Assembly (NCBI GenBank): GCA_951406725.2
Contig: OX597831.1
Span: forward strand, 7,874,001-7,938,000
Direction: 5' to 3'
Length of the DNA stretch: 64,000 nucleotides
Origin: Octopus vulgaris
Taxonomy: Eukaryota
Under the pieces are notes generated by a model. That model did no database searches. It was given only the letters and a program-made list of their open reading frames with translations, and was not told the DNA's origin. Shown here in pieces: positions 62,507-64,000 of the stretch; positions within the stretch are counted from its first letter, which is position 1; every line of letters starts with the position of its first letter. Both the position numbers and the translations under genes were made by a program.

Positions 62507-62903
62507 CTAGCAGTATCGCCCGGCGTTGCTCGGGTTTGTAAGGGAAATAGCTATATAAGCATTTTTAGAGAGTTATAGCCAAAAAATAGCAAAGAAATGC
62601 ATTAAAAATGGAAAAAAAATTATGGTAAATTTTTTTTTAAATCGTTGACTCATCATAGACATTTTTAGAGAGTTACTTCCCTTATATAATAGCGAAAAAA
62701 TGCATTAAAATGGAAAAAAATGATGTTAATTTTTTTTTAAATCGTAGACTCATCGTAGACGCGCGCTAATACCTAGAAGGGCTTGATATGAATCACGACT
62801 ATAAGATACCCGCTTTTGGTTACACTGCACCGCAAAATGTGGGAGTAGTTAAGAATCTAAATCGTAGGAGACAGACACACAACTTCACTTTTATATATAA
62901 AGA
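62507..62903 (-). mobile_element. Non-autonomous Helitron, second copy
   Basis: Minus strand A|TC...cccgagcaacgccgggcgatactgCTAG|T. Confidence 0.88.
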
Positions 62904-64000
62904 TTTCATTGAAAAAAAAAAAACTCCATTTTCCTAAAAGTTATGAGGGAAACCAAAGTACTAGTTCTAACAACATTTAGGACAACCAGAAAACCATCCA
63001 GAGGGCTGTCTTTCTGCTAGTAAATTTCACTAATAAACTTTTTCAGAGATACATTTCCAGGAAGGGATGATCTGGAACCTCACCAAAAGAGGTTTTGGTT
63101 TTAAATTCTATCAAAATAATTGTAAACTACATTATTGAAAACATTTCTGCAATATTTCAGAAAAAACAAATTACATTTTAAAGAAAGTTACAAGGAAATA
63201 AATTCAGGACGATGGCACCAAACTACAGCCATGTTGTTGCTTGGCGCATTTCAAATATAAAATTATGTAAAATCCAAACTGAAGATAAAATATATTTATC
63301 TCAACTACATTCTCACAGAAACATATCCAAAGAAAGAAAAAACACCATTGAGCTTGTGTTTCTCATTGATAACCTTTATTGTATAAAGAAGAAGTGCTTG
63401 ATGATTTCTAGGGCTAAAATTATGGCGGAGTTTCAGAATAATTACTACTTCATGGAGAAGGATATAGCAAAGAATTGGATGTATTGTTTCTCCGTTTTTA
63501 TTTTTTAGATTCCCTCATTTCTTTCTATGTGAATTACAAATCTAAAAGAAATTTTTGGAAAAAAGCTTCATTTTATTTTTTCGTATTTAATCCACTCCAC
63601 CTCCTTTATTTCATGTCTGTTTTCTTTCCCCAAGAGTTTGTGAGTTATTGAGCAACAAAATTATTTATGTTTATAGACTAAACTGCATAAAAATTTCTTC
63701 TTACATACATTTTTTACTTTATGGGTGAAGTGTTATCTAAATATTTTTATTTGTTATAAAATATGTCACCAGTAAAAAGTAGCAGTATCTTTGACCGAGC
63801 AATGTCTGATTTAACACGAAGAAACTTTCTTTGTCTTGAGAAAATTCTACCATTTGTAAAATCTGTTTACATTGAAAATACATCATTTTTTTTCTTCTTT
63901 CTTTTATTTTTAATTCAATTTCTGCTCACAGAACTTATCTGGCTGCACAAAAACAATTGATAAAGCTTAATTGAGCAATTATTATAGCACTTAACTTTCT

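Noticed and set aside
63212-63960. Exon-like unique sequence at the window end
   Set aside because: No recognisable protein motif and no consistent splice frame on either strand

Overview
AT-rich, microsatellite-laden animal genomic DNA. The SINE, LINE and microsatellite landscape suggests a coleoid cephalopod such as Octopus (inference). The one well-supported gene is the 3' part of SPEF2 (sperm flagellar protein 2) on the + strand: 11 GT-AG exons from 8360 to the TAA at 45706 splice in frame to about 474 aa, with an AATAAA at 45850. Its 5' exons lie upstream or were not recognised. The rest is intron or intergenic DNA holding at least five SINE families, RTE, CR1/Jockey-group and HERO-like LINE remnants, mariner, piggyBac-like and Helitron non-autonomous elements, and Ty3/gypsy relics. 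The most notable non-coding signal is a dense set of about 10 minimal type-I hammerhead ribozyme motifs (CUGANGA...GAAAC-palindromic loop-GUH) of mutually unrelated sequence, typical of Penelope-like element (PLE) pseudo-LTRs. Many sit inside (TA)n tracts, and several form inverted pairs or fold-back palindromes within SPEF2 introns. Most ORFs in the supplied track are repeat or microsatellite artefacts. All coordinates and folds were read by eye and need computational confirmation.
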